The notes below the pieces were generated by a model. That model did no database searches, had not been told where the DNA came from, and was given only the letters and a program-made list of their open reading frames with translations. From Candidatus Krumholzibacteriia bacterium (GTDB taxonomy: Bacteria; Krumholzibacteriota; Krumholzibacteriia; LZORAL124-64-63): a stretch of DNA of 64,000 nucleotides. Made by a program: the position numbers and the translations under genes. Where the stretch lies: the NCBI GenBank assembly GCA_050174015.1, contig JBFXKG010000001.1:64001-128000 (forward strand). Direction: 5' to 3'. This document shows, in pieces, positions 1-11,047 of the stretch; positions within the stretch are counted from its first letter, which is position 1; every line of letters begins with the position of its first letter.

Positions 1-398
1 GGTCATTGGCCGGAAGGCAGGGGATCGGATGAGGCATGGCCGCGCCCTTTCGGCGAATCCTTCCGATCCAACGCCGGTCCTGGGGGAACCGTGGGTGGAT
101 GAGGATTCACAGGGCTGTGGCCCCTGAGTGTCCCTCCTGGATCACCGGGAAACCTGTGGACGGGTATCTCAATGCGCCAGGAAGCTCCCTCATTGATCTG
201 GCGTTTTACGCGGTATCCTTAATGCATTTCACGGGCCGTATCTGAAAAGATTTTTTTGTTGTAAATAAATAACTTAGAATTGGAGAAGCCAGAAGTCCCT
301 TTTCGAGAATTCGAAAATCACGAAATTTCATGGAACTGGTTCGCGATATATCGTAACATAGGAACCTGCCGTGGTAGGGTATTCCCAAGGGGGGCGCC

Positions 399-1976
399 AT
401 GATCGCCGACGAGCCCATTTCCGTCCTGGTCATCGATGACGACGACCTGGTCCGCAGCACCCTGGTGGCGTATCTGCAGCGCCGGGGTATGCGGGTCCAG
501 GACGCCGAAGGGGGGGCCCAAGGTCTGGAGGTCTTCCGGGACCATGCGCCCGACGTCGTCCTTCTGGATCTCCGCATGCCGGGCATGGACGGCCTGGAGG
601 TCCTGCGGCGCCTCAGGGAGGAGGATCCTGACCTGCCGGTCATCGTCGTCTCCGGCGCCGGGATCGTCAACGACGTGGTGGATTCGCTCAGGCTGGGGGC
701 CTGGGACTTCCTGATCAAACCGTTCGAGGACCTCGAGATCCTGCTGCACGCGGTCCGCAACGCCACGGAACAGTCCCGCTTGAGACGGGAGAACCGCAGG
801 TACCAGGAGGAGCTCGAGAGCCTGGTGCGCAAGCGGACCGCCCAGCTCGAGGCCGCCAACTGGGAGCTGACCTCCCTGCGGGCCCGCCTGGAGATGGAGA
901 ACGAGTACCTTCGCGAGGAACTCTTCCCGGTGCGGGGATCGGATCTCTTCGTGGGGATCAGCCAGGGCCTGGCCAGGGTGCAGCGGCAGATCGAACAGGT
1001 CGCGCCCACCGAGGCCACGGTGCTGGTCACCGGCGAGTCGGGCACGGGCAAGGAGCTGGTGGCCCGCGCCCTGCATCTGAAGAGCGCCCGCCGGGATCGC
1101 CCCCTGATCAAGGTCAACTGCGCCTCCGTTCCCAGGGAGCTGTTCGAGAGCGAGTTCTTCGGTCACGTCAAGGGATCGTACACGGGCGCCGTCCAGGATC
1201 GCGTGGGCCGCTTCCAGCTGGCCCACCAGGGGACCCTGTTCCTGGACGAGGTGGCGGAGATCCCCGGCGAACTCCAGGTCAAGCTGCTGCGGGTCCTGCA
1301 GGAGGGGGAGTTCGAACGGGTGGGAGAGGGCATGACCAGGACCGTGGACGTCAGGGTCATCGCCGCGACCAACCGCGACCTTGTGCAGGAGATCGCCGCC
1401 GGGCGGTTCCGGGAGGACCTCTACTACAGGCTGAACGTCTTCCCCATCGTCATCCCCCCGCTGAGGGAACGCAAGGACGACATCCCGCCCCTGGTCCAGC
1501 ACTTCCTGACCCAGGCCTGCCGCAAGTTCGGTCGCTCGGAAACGCCGCTGAAGATCAGACACGTCGTCGAGATGCAGGGCTACGACTGGCCGGGGAACGT
1601 GCGGGAACTCCAGAACTTCATCGAGCGGGCGGTGATCACCTCGTCCCCGGGATCCCTGAGAATCGACCTGGAGGGGCGGCGATCGGCCTTGGCGCAGGAT
1701 GCGGAAGCAGGCCGGCCGACCGGCAGGGCGGCCGGCGTCGACGCCGGCGGGGAAACCGTCTCTGCGCCGGAACCCCGGGAGGGCATCCTGACCGAGGCCG
1801 AGATGAAGGCCCGGGAGCGGGCGAACATCATCCGGGCGTTGCAGGCGTGCGGCTGGCAGGTTTCCGGCCCCACCGGCGCCGCCCGGCTTTTGGGCGTCAA
1901 GTCCTCGACCCTGACCTCCCGGATGAAGGTCATGAACATCGAGAAACCGCGGCGTGCGGCCGAGGGCAAGGCATGA
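399..1976 (+). CDS. Sigma-54-dependent response regulator (REC + AAA+ + Fis-type HTH, NtrC family)
   Basis: N-terminal receiver (VLVIDDDD...LLDLRMPGMDG); Walker A GESGTGKE; GAFTGA variant GSYTGA; LFLDEV; WPGNVREL; C-terminal HTH (AARLLGVKSSTL). Confidence 0.95.
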   Translation: MIADEPISVLVIDDDDLVRSTLVAYLQRRGMRVQDAEGGAQGLEVFRDHAPDVVLLDLRMPGMDGLEVLRRLREEDPDLPVIVVSGAGIVNDVVDSLRLGAWDFLIKPFEDLEILLHAVRNATEQSRLRRENRRYQEELESLVRKRTAQLEAANWELTSLRARLEMENEYLREELFPVRGSDLFVGISQGLARVQRQIEQVAPTEATVLVTGESGTGKELVARALHLKSARRDRPLIKVNCASVPRELFESEFFGHVKGSYTGAVQDRVGRFQLAHQGTLFLDEVAEIPGELQVKLLRVLQEGEFERVGEGMTRTVDVRVIAATNRDLVQEIAAGRFREDLYYRLNVFPIVIPPLRERKDDIPPLVQHFLTQACRKFGRSETPLKIRHVVEMQGYDWPGNVRELQNFIERAVITSSPGSLRIDLEGRRSALAQDAEAGRPTGRAAGVDAGGETVSAPEPREGILTEAEMKARERANIIRALQACGWQVSGPTGAARLLGVKSSTLTSRMKVMNIEKPRRAAEGKA

Positions 1977-2296
1977 CCGGGAACGGGAACCCGGAACCCG
2001 ACGATGCGGTACCCCTGCCCATCGACGGGACTCTCGACCTGCACGCGTTCTCCCCGAAGGACGTCAAGGATCTGATTCCCGATTATATTGACGAATGTCT
2101 CGCCGCGGGCATCCTGGACCTGCGCATCATCCACGGCAAGGGGGTCGGGGTCCTGCGCACCATCGTCCAGGGGATCCTCGCCGCGCATCCGGCCGTCGAG
2201 AGCTTCGGTCATCCCGGGGACGGCGGGTCGTGGGGGGCGACGGTCGTCCGCCTGCGGGACTCCGCAGCCACGGATTCAGGACGGAACGGACGCTAG
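1973..2296 (+). CDS. Stand-alone Smr/MutS2 C-terminal domain protein
   Basis: ATG at 1973 overlaps the upstream stop (ATGA); TLDLHAF, IIHGKGVGVLR and GGSWGATVV are Smr motifs. Confidence 0.9.
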   Translation: MTGNGNPEPDDAVPLPIDGTLDLHAFSPKDVKDLIPDYIDECLAAGILDLRIIHGKGVGVLRTIVQGILAAHPAVESFGHPGDGGSWGATVVRLRDSAATDSGRNGR

Positions 2297-2297
2297 C

Positions 2298-2693
2298 ATG
2301 GGACGGTTCAAGGCGCGGCGCAAAGGACAGGGCGGAGAGGGCCCGCCCAGCAAGGGCATGCGCCGCTCCATCCGCTTCGACGCCGAGCAGGAGTGGCCCG
2401 AGGGCCGGCCGCCCGGTCGGGCGCCGGACGCGCCGCCGGCGATCCTGCTGCGCCTGCTGCCCCTCGAGGAGGCGCTGCACCGTCTGGCCACCCAGCTGAG
2501 GGCCTATGCGGGGCAGGGGTGCGGCGAGGTCCTGGTGGTCCACGGCAAGGGCTCGAATTCGCGGGGCGGGGTGTCGGTCCTGGGGCCGGCCGTGCGCGAG
2601 TGGTGCAGCCGGAACGTGGACGTGGTGGCGTCCTGGCGGGAGGCCCCCGGCAAGTGGGGCGGCGCCGGCGCCATCGTGGTGACCCTGCGGTGA
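2298..2693 (+). CDS. Second Smr-domain protein with basic N-terminal extension
   Basis: ATG at 2298, 1 nt after the previous stop; VVHGKG and WGGAGAIVVTL motifs; DLH motif degenerate. Confidence 0.85.
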   Translation: MGRFKARRKGQGGEGPPSKGMRRSIRFDAEQEWPEGRPPGRAPDAPPAILLRLLPLEEALHRLATQLRAYAGQGCGEVLVVHGKGSNSRGGVSVLGPAVREWCSRNVDVVASWREAPGKWGGAGAIVVTLR

Positions 2694-2709
2694 GAGGACG
2701 ACCGGGCAG

Positions 2710-3504
2710 ATGACCATCGATCACATCCGACCTGCTGATGAGGGTCCCCATCGGCCCGGCCCCGAGCGGGGCTTCCTGGCCGGCCGAACCGCGCTGGTGA
2801 CCGGCGGGGCCCGGAGGATCGGCCGCGCCTTGGCCCTCGCCCTGGCGGGGGAGGGGGCTGTTGTCGTGCTGCATTATCGCCGTTCGGGAGCCGACGCCCG
2901 GGATACCGCGGCGGCCATCGAGGACCGAGGCGGGGTGTGCCGGCTGGTCGCCGGCGACCTGGCCGAGGCGGCCGTGGCCGGGGAATTGCCGGCCAGGGCC
3001 GAGGCGGTCGCGGGGGCGCCCATCGACATCCTCGTCAACAACGCCTCGATCTTCGGACCGGGCGAGGCCCTGGAGACCGACGCCGGAACCTGGGACCTCC
3101 ACCAGGCGGTGAATCTCCGCGCTCCGTTCATCCTCGCGCGGGAGATGGCCCGCCGCTTGCCCGCAGGGAGGCCGGGCGACGTCATCAACCTCAACGACAT
3201 CCGGGCTCTCAAGCCGGGAAGCGACCACTTCCCGTACACGATCAGCAAAGTGGGGTTGCACGGCCTGACGCGCAGCCTGGCCCTGGCCCTGGCGCCGCAC
3301 GTCCGGGTGAACGAACTGATGCTGGGCTCGATCCTGCCCCCGGAGGGCGGGGATGCGGGCTACGTGCACATGCCCGTGGATGCGATCCCCACGCGGCGCT
3401 TCGACACGCCGGTGGAGGTATGCCGGGGCATGCTGGCCCTTCTGGCCAATCCGGCGATGACCGGGCAATCGATCTGCATCGACGGCGGCAGCCACCTGCT
3501 CTGA
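2710..3504 (+). CDS. Short-chain dehydrogenase/reductase, pteridine reductase/FolM-like
   Basis: TGGARRIG cofactor motif typical of pteridine-reductase-type SDRs; LVNNAS; YxxxK (YTISK). Confidence 0.9.
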   Translation: MTIDHIRPADEGPHRPGPERGFLAGRTALVTGGARRIGRALALALAGEGAVVVLHYRRSGADARDTAAAIEDRGGVCRLVAGDLAEAAVAGELPARAEAVAGAPIDILVNNASIFGPGEALETDAGTWDLHQAVNLRAPFILAREMARRLPAGRPGDVINLNDIRALKPGSDHFPYTISKVGLHGLTRSLALALAPHVRVNELMLGSILPPEGGDAGYVHMPVDAIPTRRFDTPVEVCRGMLALLANPAMTGQSICIDGGSHLL

Positions 3505-3514
3505 GGAGTCCGAT

Positions 3515-3913
3515 ATGTCCCGATTGAAGAAGACGCTCATCGTGGTCGGAGACCGGCTGCTCGTGCGGCCCGAGGACGGCGAGGAGCGGACCAACGCCGG
3601 TCTCTATCTGCCTCAGACCGCCGTCTCGGCCCGCCAGGCCCAGGGCGGCTGGGTGGTGAACGTGGGGCCGGGCATGCCGGTGGCCCAGGTGCTCGACTTC
3701 GACGACGACCCCTTCGGCGATGGGGTGGCGCCGCCCCGCTACGTGCCGATGCAGGCCCAGGAAGGCGACTACTGCCTGTTCCTGAAGAAGGCCGCGGTCG
3801 AGATCACCTTCGAGAAGAAGAATTATCTGATCGTGCCCAATTCGGCCGTTCTGGTCCTGATGCGGGAGGATTTCGACACCGAAGCGGCGGAATGGTCGGG
3901 AAACAGCAACTGA
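3515..3913 (+). CDS. GroES/Cpn10-family co-chaperonin-like protein
   Basis: GDRLLVRP...ERTNAGLYLP...G.VVNVGPG pattern of Cpn10; GAGGAG RBS; no groEL adjacent. Confidence 0.8.
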   Translation: MSRLKKTLIVVGDRLLVRPEDGEERTNAGLYLPQTAVSARQAQGGWVVNVGPGMPVAQVLDFDDDPFGDGVAPPRYVPMQAQEGDYCLFLKKAAVEITFEKKNYLIVPNSAVLVLMREDFDTEAAEWSGNSN

Positions 3914-4244
3914 CCGTCTGATCCGTTTCGGAACTTCGCCCGCATGCCCCCTGGTCGTATCCTGGACTGGATTTTGCGTATTTTTTGCCGTGATCAGGGA
4001 GGACGCGGCACATGGCAGATGATCCCATCAACACGCCTATACAACATTGCGGCCCGCTGCCACCCGCGCCACGGGAGATTCCGAGGGATCGGGACCAGCA
4101 ACCGAGAACCAGGACGAAAAGAGAATCAAATTCATAAAATGTTATTGCGCATTCAATTGCGGGGAATTGGCACGTTCCCTATTTTTACCTGGCCCTGATC
4201 GAATTCGCATGGAAGTCCCGGCGTCATCTGGAGGGGATGCACCC

Positions 4245-5735
4245 GTGAACACCGCCGACAATGAAAGCGTCATCCGGCGACTCTACGAGATCTCCGCAGA
4301 GTACTCCGCGGGGTTTTCCGCCCAGATCCAGGCCATGCTCCAGGTGGGGCTGGAACGGTTCGGGCTGGACATCGGCATCCTTTCCCGCATCCGCGGAGAC
4401 CGCTTCGAATTGCTCCATGTCCGGGGAAATCCCGATTTCAACCTGAAGCAGGGGACGATCCTGCCCCTCGGGGAGACCTACGGCAAGGTCTGCCTGTCAG
4501 CCGGCGCTCCCATCGGGATGAGCGACCTGTCCGCCGAGGGTTACCGCGAAGATCCAGCCTACGACCGCTGGGGCCTGGAGGCATACCTGGGAGTCCCCGT
4601 GACGGTGGACGGGGAGATCTACGGGACCCTGAGCTTCTCCAGCCCCAATGCCCGCCCCGTCCCCTTCACTCGGAGCGACCTGGACATCCTGGGCTTGATG
4701 GCGTCCTGGCTGGGATCGGAGATTTCCCGGCGGGAGAAGGAAGAGGCCCTGCGGAAGGCCGAGGAGAGCTTCCGCAAGGGTATCGAGGCATCTCCTGCGG
4801 GCATGATCATGGTGGACCAGCGGGGAGCGATCACCTACGCCAACAGGCAGGCCCTGGCCATGTTCGATTACGATTTCGCCGAGCTGCTGGGCACCTCGAT
4901 CGAGGTGCTGGTGCAGGATTCGGTGCGGGGCGAACACGTCCGCCGGCGCGAGGATTACATGGAGGCCGCCGCGGCCCGGGAGATGGGCAAGGGCCGCCAC
5001 CTGGACGGTCGCCGGAAGGACGGCATGGTCTTTCCGGTGGAGGTGGGACTGAATCCCCTCGACACCCCCTACGGCACCTACATCCTGTGCACCGTCCTGG
5101 ATCTGACCGAACGCCGGAAATTCGAGGAGCAGATCCTCGAAAAGACGCGCAAGCTGCAGGAAACGAACCGGGCCCTCGCCGAGCAGGCCCTGCGGGACAG
5201 CCTGACCGGGCTGGCCAACCGCCGTGGACTGTTCGCGCAGACGGAATCCATCCTGCGCCTGGCCCGCCGGGGAAACCACCCCACCTCGCTGCTGATGCTG
5301 GACGTGGACCACTTCAAGGAATTCAACGACGCCCACGGCCACCTGGCGGGGGACGAGGCGCTCAAGGCGGTGGCCGGGGTCCTGGGGGAGGCTGCCAGGC
5401 GGTCGGATGTCGTCGCCCGCTACGGGGGCGAGGAATTCGTGATCCTGTTGCCCGAGACGGGCGCGGCAGGGGCTCGGGACGTGGCGGAGCGAATCAGGAC
5501 CCGGGTGGCCGCCCTCGGCGGACTGCCGCGGCCGCTGACCGCCAGCATCGGGGTGGCGACCCTGGGGACCGGCTTCCCCGACGAGGACGACGTCCGGGGA
5601 AAGACCGACCTTCTCCTGCACATGGCCGACGAAGCCCTGTATCTGGCCAAGGAGAACGGGAGGAACAGGGTGGAGACCGCTCCCGAGGAACAGAAGGACC
5701 CCGAAGACGGGGTCCCCTGGCCGAATCCACGCTAG
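4245..5735 (+). CDS. Diguanylate cyclase with GAF and PAS sensor domains
   Basis: GAF (EAYLGVPVTVDGEIYGTLSF); PAS (RRKDGMVFPVEV); RYGGEEF active site with RxxD I-site (RRSD). GTG 4245 chosen for the GGAGG RBS; ATG 4209 is the alternative start. Confidence 0.93.
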   Translation: MNTADNESVIRRLYEISAEYSAGFSAQIQAMLQVGLERFGLDIGILSRIRGDRFELLHVRGNPDFNLKQGTILPLGETYGKVCLSAGAPIGMSDLSAEGYREDPAYDRWGLEAYLGVPVTVDGEIYGTLSFSSPNARPVPFTRSDLDILGLMASWLGSEISRREKEEALRKAEESFRKGIEASPAGMIMVDQRGAITYANRQALAMFDYDFAELLGTSIEVLVQDSVRGEHVRRREDYMEAAAAREMGKGRHLDGRRKDGMVFPVEVGLNPLDTPYGTYILCTVLDLTERRKFEEQILEKTRKLQETNRALAEQALRDSLTGLANRRGLFAQTESILRLARRGNHPTSLLMLDVDHFKEFNDAHGHLAGDEALKAVAGVLGEAARRSDVVARYGGEEFVILLPETGAAGARDVAERIRTRVAALGGLPRPLTASIGVATLGTGFPDEDDVRGKTDLLLHMADEALYLAKENGRNRVETAPEEQKDPEDGVPWPNPR

Positions 5736-5798
5736 CGCCCGTCCGGGAGATCGCCTGGTGGGCCAGGCGCCCGAAGCCCCTCGCCGCAGGGACCGGGA

Positions 5799-7892
5799 CT
5801 AGATCTCCAGCAACTCCCTATCTTCCCACTGGAACTCAGGCTCGGAGTCGGGGGTGACGCCCGCCTGCTTGCTGGATTTCCGGGGCCGTCCAGGCCGGGA
5901 TGCCCCGGTCGAGCCGCGTGTGCCCGCGTGGACGACACGGCCTCCGACGATCCGCTGCAATTCGACCACGAGATCCTTCAGTTCCTGGGCCTGGGAGGAG
6001 AGCTCCTCGCTGGCCGAGGCCGATTCCTCGGCGCTGGCGGCGTTGCCCTGGGTCACCTGGTCCATCTGGTTCACCGCGGCGCTGATCTGTTCAAGACCCT
6101 GGGCCTGCTCGACGCTGGCGCCGGCCACGTTTTCGACCAGGGCGCCGACCGACCGGACACCCTCGGCGATCCGGCGGAGCAGGGTCTCCACTTCCTGACT
6201 CGCAGCCACCCCGTTGGCGGCCCGGACGGACGAATTCTGGATCAGCTCATCGGTGGTTTTCGCAGCTTCGGCGGATCGCTGGGCAAGATTGCGCACTTCC
6301 TCGGCCACCACGGCGAAACCCTTGCCGGCGTCACCGGCGCGGGCCGCTTCGACGGCGGCATTCAGGGCCAGCAGATTGGTCTGGAAGGCGATCTCGTCGA
6401 TGGTCTTGATGATCTTGGCCGTCTCGTCGCTGCTGGCCTTGATCTCGTGGATCGCTCCGGTCATCCGCTCCATCGCCTCGACCCCGCGCTCGGCGCCGCC
6501 CTCGGTCTCCCCGCTGGTGGAGTTGGCCTGCTTGGCGCTGGCGGCGTTCTGTTTCGTCATGGCGGCCAGTTCCTGCAACGATGCGGAGGCCTCCTGCAGG
6601 CTGCCGGCCTGCTCGGTGGTTCCTTCGGCGAGTTGCAGACTGGTCGCGGCGATCTGGGTGGAGGAGGAGGCAACGGACTGGGCCGCGACGCCGAGGCGCT
6701 GGACCACGCCACCGATGCCGTTGCCGATGTTGCGGGCGGTGACCCACCAGACGACCGAAGCCATGATCACGGTGATCAGGGTGACCAGCGAGATGATGAT
6801 CAGTTTCTGCCGGGTGGCGTCCGCCAATCGCGTCTCGGCCGCCCGGAATTCATCCTCGTAGCTGCCGACGCCGATGATCCAGTCCCAGGGTTCGAAGTAC
6901 TTCAACCGGGTGACCTTCATACGGGCGTCGGCATCACCCTGGTTCTTCCAGGGATACTTCTGTTCAGCGATTTGACCGGGGCCGAGGACCTTGGCCTTCC
7001 GGATGATCTCCTGGATGAAGAGGTTCCCGTCGGAGTCCTTGGCTTCCCGGATGTTCTCGCCGTCGCGTTTGCCGCCCTGGGAAATCACGTAGTTTCCCTC
7101 GCTGTCCAGGACGAAGACGTAACCCGACTCTCCCACGCGCGTGGCCATGATGGATTCGCGCATCGCGCTCGTGCCCTCCACCGGAACGCCGACGTAGAGG
7201 ACGCCCACCACCTCGTGCCGGTCGTTTCGAATGGGCTCGTAGGCGGTGATGTACCAGCGGTTCACGACGAAGGCGCGGCCCCGGAAGGTCTTGCCCGCAA
7301 GGACGGCGGCCAGGACCGGGTTCGGTGAACCGTCGGGATTGGTCGCGGGAATGTAGGTTCCGATGGCCCGGGTGCCGTCCGTCTTCAGGACGTTGGTCGC
7401 CACGCGCAGCATGTCGCCCCGGGGATTCATCCTCTGGAAGATGGTGCAGGTGCTTCCCTGGACGTCCTGGAGTTCGTCCACCACCGGGGTTCGCTCGCCC
7501 GGCTGGCGGTGCTGTCCGAGCCAGGTGTCGCCGACCGCCATCTTCGGCAAGTCGACCTCCACGGACTTCTTGGTGAACTGGTCGACCGCCTGCCAGCTGA
7601 CGGTTTCCTCGGTGAAGCCGATCGGCCCGGCGTCGGCGATGAGCTTGCGCGCGACCTTGAGACCGGAATCCACCTTGTCCTGGACGAGGTATTGCTGGGC
7701 GACGCACATGTTGTAGACGCCCTCGGCAACGTGGTCGAGGTCCTGGACGGCCAGCTTGAGGCACTCTTCGGTCGCTCCGGCCTTGCTCTTTCCTTCCTGG
7801 AAGTAGACGACCCCGAAGACCGCCAGCAGGGGGATCAGGGTGAAGGTGACGCCGAGAAGGAGCAGCCTGGTCTTCAAGGTCAATGAGGTCAT
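5799..7892 (-). CDS. Methyl-accepting chemotaxis protein with Cache-type periplasmic domains
   Basis: Two TM segments flanking a Cache_3/Cache_2-like region; signalling hairpin [37 protein letters not shown]. Confidence 0.95.
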   Translation of the reverse strand: MTSLTLKTRLLLLGVTFTLIPLLAVFGVVYFQEGKSKAGATEECLKLAVQDLDHVAEGVYNMCVAQQYLVQDKVDSGLKVARKLIADAGPIGFTEETVSWQAVDQFTKKSVEVDLPKMAVGDTWLGQHRQPGERTPVVDELQDVQGSTCTIFQRMNPRGDMLRVATNVLKTDGTRAIGTYIPATNPDGSPNPVLAAVLAGKTFRGRAFVVNRWYITAYEPIRNDRHEVVGVLYVGVPVEGTSAMRESIMATRVGESGYVFVLDSEGNYVISQGGKRDGENIREAKDSDGNLFIQEIIRKAKVLGPGQIAEQKYPWKNQGDADARMKVTRLKYFEPWDWIIGVGSYEDEFRAAETRLADATRQKLIIISLVTLITVIMASVVWWVTARNIGNGIGGVVQRLGVAAQSVASSSTQIAATSLQLAEGTTEQAGSLQEASASLQELAAMTKQNAASAKQANSTSGETEGGAERGVEAMERMTGAIHEIKASSDETAKIIKTIDEIAFQTNLLALNAAVEAARAGDAGKGFAVVAEEVRNLAQRSAEAAKTTDELIQNSSVRAANGVAASQEVETLLRRIAEGVRSVGALVENVAGASVEQAQGLEQISAAVNQMDQVTQGNAASAEESASASEELSSQAQELKDLVVELQRIVGGRVVHAGTRGSTGASRPGRPRKSSKQAGVTPDSEPEFQWEDRELLEI

Positions 7893-8026
7893 GGGTCGAC
7901 TCCGGTGGTTCGTGGGGGCCGGGGCCAATCGGGACGAGTGACACCACCTGGGCGAAAACTCCCCGATTCGGGACCAATTCTGATATTTGGTGATCGGCAG
8001 GGGGATGGGTTGCTTGAGCGGGAATG

Positions 8027-8054
8027 CGGGGAGGGGGCCGATTCCCCCTCCCCG
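8027..8054 (-). terminator. GC-rich hairpin after the S9 peptidase gene
   Basis: CGGGGAGGGGG-ccgatt-CCCCCTCCCCG, 11-bp stem about 20 nt past the stop; no clear U tract. Confidence 0.45.
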
Positions 8055-8072
8055 GGCCTGGGGGCTAACCGG

Positions 8073-10655
8073 TCAGCGCCAGTCCTTCGGCGCAGGATAC
8101 ATCGCATCCCACCATTCCGGCTGACCCTTCAGGTGCTTCGCGAAGAACGACAGGATGGTGTCGTTCCAGACGATGCGCTGGTCGTGATCCAGGATGTGGT
8201 GGTCCTGGTCCATCACCTGCACGTACTCCACCTCGCGGCCCAGCAGCTTCAGCGCGGTGAAGAGCTGGTCGCTCTCGCCCTTGGGCACGTTGGTGTCCGA
8301 ATCTCCGTGCACCAGCAGCAGGGGCGTCGTGATCCGGTCCGCCTGGAACAGCGGGCTCTGCCCCACGAACAGCTCCCGGTCCTGCCAGGGGAACGAGTTC
8401 GCCAGGGCGCGGGCCCCGTAGGCGTAGCCCCACAGGCCCTCGCCCCAGTAGCTGGAGATGTCCGAGATGCCGGCGTGGCTCACCGCGGCGGCGAAGATGT
8501 CGGTCTGCGTGACGAGGTACTCCGTGAGGAACCCGCCGTAGCTGGCGCCGATGCAGCCCACGTGGTCGCGGTCGGCCCATCCGAACGTATCGAGGAGGAC
8601 CTTGGTGGCCTCGATGACCTCGCCGGCGGTCAGCTTGCCCCAGTCGTTCACGTGGCGGGCGGCGAACTCCTGGCCGTACCCCGTGGCCCCGCTGGGGTTG
8701 GGCACGTAGACCACGTAGCCCTGGCCCGCCCAGACGTTCTTGGGATAGCGGCCGCCGAAGTCGCGGGTCACGGGGCTGGTGCCTCCGTAGTAGTAGACGA
8801 TGACCGGATAGGTCTGCGCCGGATCGAAGTCCGGGGGATAGTAGATGAATCCGTCCAGGTCCTCGCCCTTGGGCAGCCTGGCCACCCAGGTCTCCACCTT
8901 GCCCAGGGCGATGTCCCGATAGTCGCCCGCAACGGGGTCCAGCAGCTCGCGGCTACGGTTCTTCTTCAGGTCGACGCGCATGACGCGGTTGGGACGATTG
9001 GCGTCGGTGCCCCGCGTCACGGCCACCCCGCCGGTGCGCGGCAGGGCGATGGCGTCGGTGTACTCGAGGCCGGTGTCCACCTTCTCCCAGCCGCCCTTGC
9101 CGGGATTGAACCGGTAGACGGTGCTGTACTGGGTGTCGGTGCAGCGGGCGTAGATCATGCCGTCGGCCCGGGACCAGGCGAACCAGCCGGCGTCGGGGCG
9201 GAAGTCCACGGTGATGGGGTCGGGCGTCCGGGTCGCCAGGTCGAACAGGTAGAGCTGCCCGCCGTAATCGTTGGCCTGGACGCCGTCGGGCAGGTTGCGG
9301 CCCAGCCCGTCGAAGGCGGACGGTGACCCGCTCAGGCACAGGGTCCTGCCGTCGGGACTGAACTCGGCCCCCCCGATCCAGCGGTCGTCCAGGATCTGCT
9401 GCGTCTTTAGGGTGGTCAGGTCCATCAGCCACAGCGTGCTGGTGAAGTAGGGCCGGGCGGTCAGGTCGGGTTCGCTGGTGAAGAACAGCAGATGCCGGCC
9501 GTCATCGCTCAGGCTCCAGCTCTCGGGGCTCACCGGGCCGGCGGTCAACCGCCGGCTGACGCCCCCGGGCACGAAGACCTGCTCGAGGTGGGACCGGTTG
9601 CGGTACCAGGACTGGCGGTCCGCGGGGTGCGCCACCCGCTTGACTTTCCGCTTGTCCGCCTCGGGCTCGCGGTTGATCTCGTAGACGATGGACCGGCCGT
9701 CGGGGGCCCAGCGCCAGGAGCCCAGCTTGTCCACGTCCTCCAGGACGGGGGAGGCGGTTCCGGCGGTCAGGTCGTACAGCCAGACGGTCGCCTTGCCGTC
9801 CTGGGTGGTCTGCCAGGACAGCCTGGTCCCGGAAGGATGCCACTGCAGCCGGGACAGGGTGCTCTGGCTGCGCCAGTAGGAGACAAGGCGGCCGTCGTCG
9901 GTCCTGCGGATCTCCAGCCACTGCTCCCGGTTCTTCCCGTCGCGGTACTCGCCCAGCGACACCGCCGCCAGGGACCCGTCCGGGGAAAGGTCCACGTCGG
10001 AGATGCGCGGGGCATCCAGGATGTCGTGGATGTCCACGTGACGGGTGGGATCGACCGTCGCCACGAGCGGCGCGGCAGGCGCATCGGCGGCCGCCTTCAA
10101 GGCCAGGCCGACCGACCAGTCGCCCTCGGCGGCAGGATCGCCCAGGGTGCGCAGGCAGACCAGATGCTTGCCGATAGTCAGGGTGAGTTCGCCCGAGCTG
10201 ACGCCGTCCTTTTCGGTCAGCGCCACGGCCTCGCCGTCCAGCGCGGCTTTCACCGGCCGGCCGGTGGTCACCTCCAGGGTCGTCTTAAGCCAGCGGTCGG
10301 CGTCCACGTAGAAGGCCAGGTAGCGCACGCCCGCTTGACTCGGGGCCTCCCAGCCGTAGATCCCCGCGCCCGATTCCAGCCTCGTCCAGGCGGCATCATT
10401 GCCGTCGGGGCCGGGGAAGGCGCCCCCGTCCCGCGGCGCATCGGCGCCGAAGGCGAAGGGCATGGCCTCGAACAGATCCTTGATCTTGACCCCGGCCAGG
10501 TCGGCGTCGTGGAAGGCCGGCAACAGCAGGGGCAAGGAATCGGACAGGAGAACTTCCGTCACCGGAACCGGCGCGGGTTCGGGCGGGGTTTCCTCGGCCA
10601 GTGAGGTCAGGGGCAGGACGAGCAGGCAGATCAACGCGGTCAGCACGGTCTTCAT
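8073..10655 (-). CDS. Secreted S9-family (prolyl oligopeptidase/acylaminoacyl-type) peptidase
   Basis: Signal peptide MKTVLTALICLLVLPLTSLA; beta-propeller repeats; GASYGG nucleophile; HGDSD Asp and DHH His regions. Confidence 0.93.
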   Translation of the reverse strand: MKTVLTALICLLVLPLTSLAEETPPEPAPVPVTEVLLSDSLPLLLPAFHDADLAGVKIKDLFEAMPFAFGADAPRDGGAFPGPDGNDAAWTRLESGAGIYGWEAPSQAGVRYLAFYVDADRWLKTTLEVTTGRPVKAALDGEAVALTEKDGVSSGELTLTIGKHLVCLRTLGDPAAEGDWSVGLALKAAADAPAAPLVATVDPTRHVDIHDILDAPRISDVDLSPDGSLAAVSLGEYRDGKNREQWLEIRRTDDGRLVSYWRSQSTLSRLQWHPSGTRLSWQTTQDGKATVWLYDLTAGTASPVLEDVDKLGSWRWAPDGRSIVYEINREPEADKRKVKRVAHPADRQSWYRNRSHLEQVFVPGGVSRRLTAGPVSPESWSLSDDGRHLLFFTSEPDLTARPYFTSTLWLMDLTTLKTQQILDDRWIGGAEFSPDGRTLCLSGSPSAFDGLGRNLPDGVQANDYGGQLYLFDLATRTPDPITVDFRPDAGWFAWSRADGMIYARCTDTQYSTVYRFNPGKGGWEKVDTGLEYTDAIALPRTGGVAVTRGTDANRPNRVMRVDLKKNRSRELLDPVAGDYRDIALGKVETWVARLPKGEDLDGFIYYPPDFDPAQTYPVIVYYYGGTSPVTRDFGGRYPKNVWAGQGYVVYVPNPSGATGYGQEFAARHVNDWGKLTAGEVIEATKVLLDTFGWADRDHVGCIGASYGGFLTEYLVTQTDIFAAAVSHAGISDISSYWGEGLWGYAYGARALANSFPWQDRELFVGQSPLFQADRITTPLLLVHGDSDTNVPKGESDQLFTALKLLGREVEYVQVMDQDHHILDHDQRIVWNDTILSFFAKHLKGQPEWWDAMYPAPKDWR

Positions 10656-11047
10656 GAAGTGAACTCCTTGGCGGGGCGTTCGCTGGTCGGGATCGAGGGA
10701 ACAACTATAGGACGGCGGGGCCCTGGGGCCAAGCTCGGCCCGGTCGACCAGCCGCTTTATCCCTGGGGAAGCTCGACAAAACAACCTGAGTCCAAGGGGA
10801 ACGGCGGCTTCTGTTTGCATAAGCAATTGTCTTGTAATAATATAAGATGATCATCCGGGATTTCGGGTCGTATCTCTCTTCCAGCCGAAACCTCAAAATT
10901 CATCCGTCATCGATTCTAACGGCCATTCCCTCAGGTCGCCCTTGCCCATGGATTCCGCGGAATTCTATCGTTTTTTCTTGCAATTTCGCCTTTTTTTCGC
11001 TATCATCCCCCGTGATCCACTCCTCCCGGATTCCCAGGAGGAGAAGC

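Noticed and set aside
4168..4185. TGGCACG resembling a sigma-54 -24 box upstream of the diguanylate cyclase
   Set aside because: The -12 GC is missing at the required spacing (reads CCTAT).
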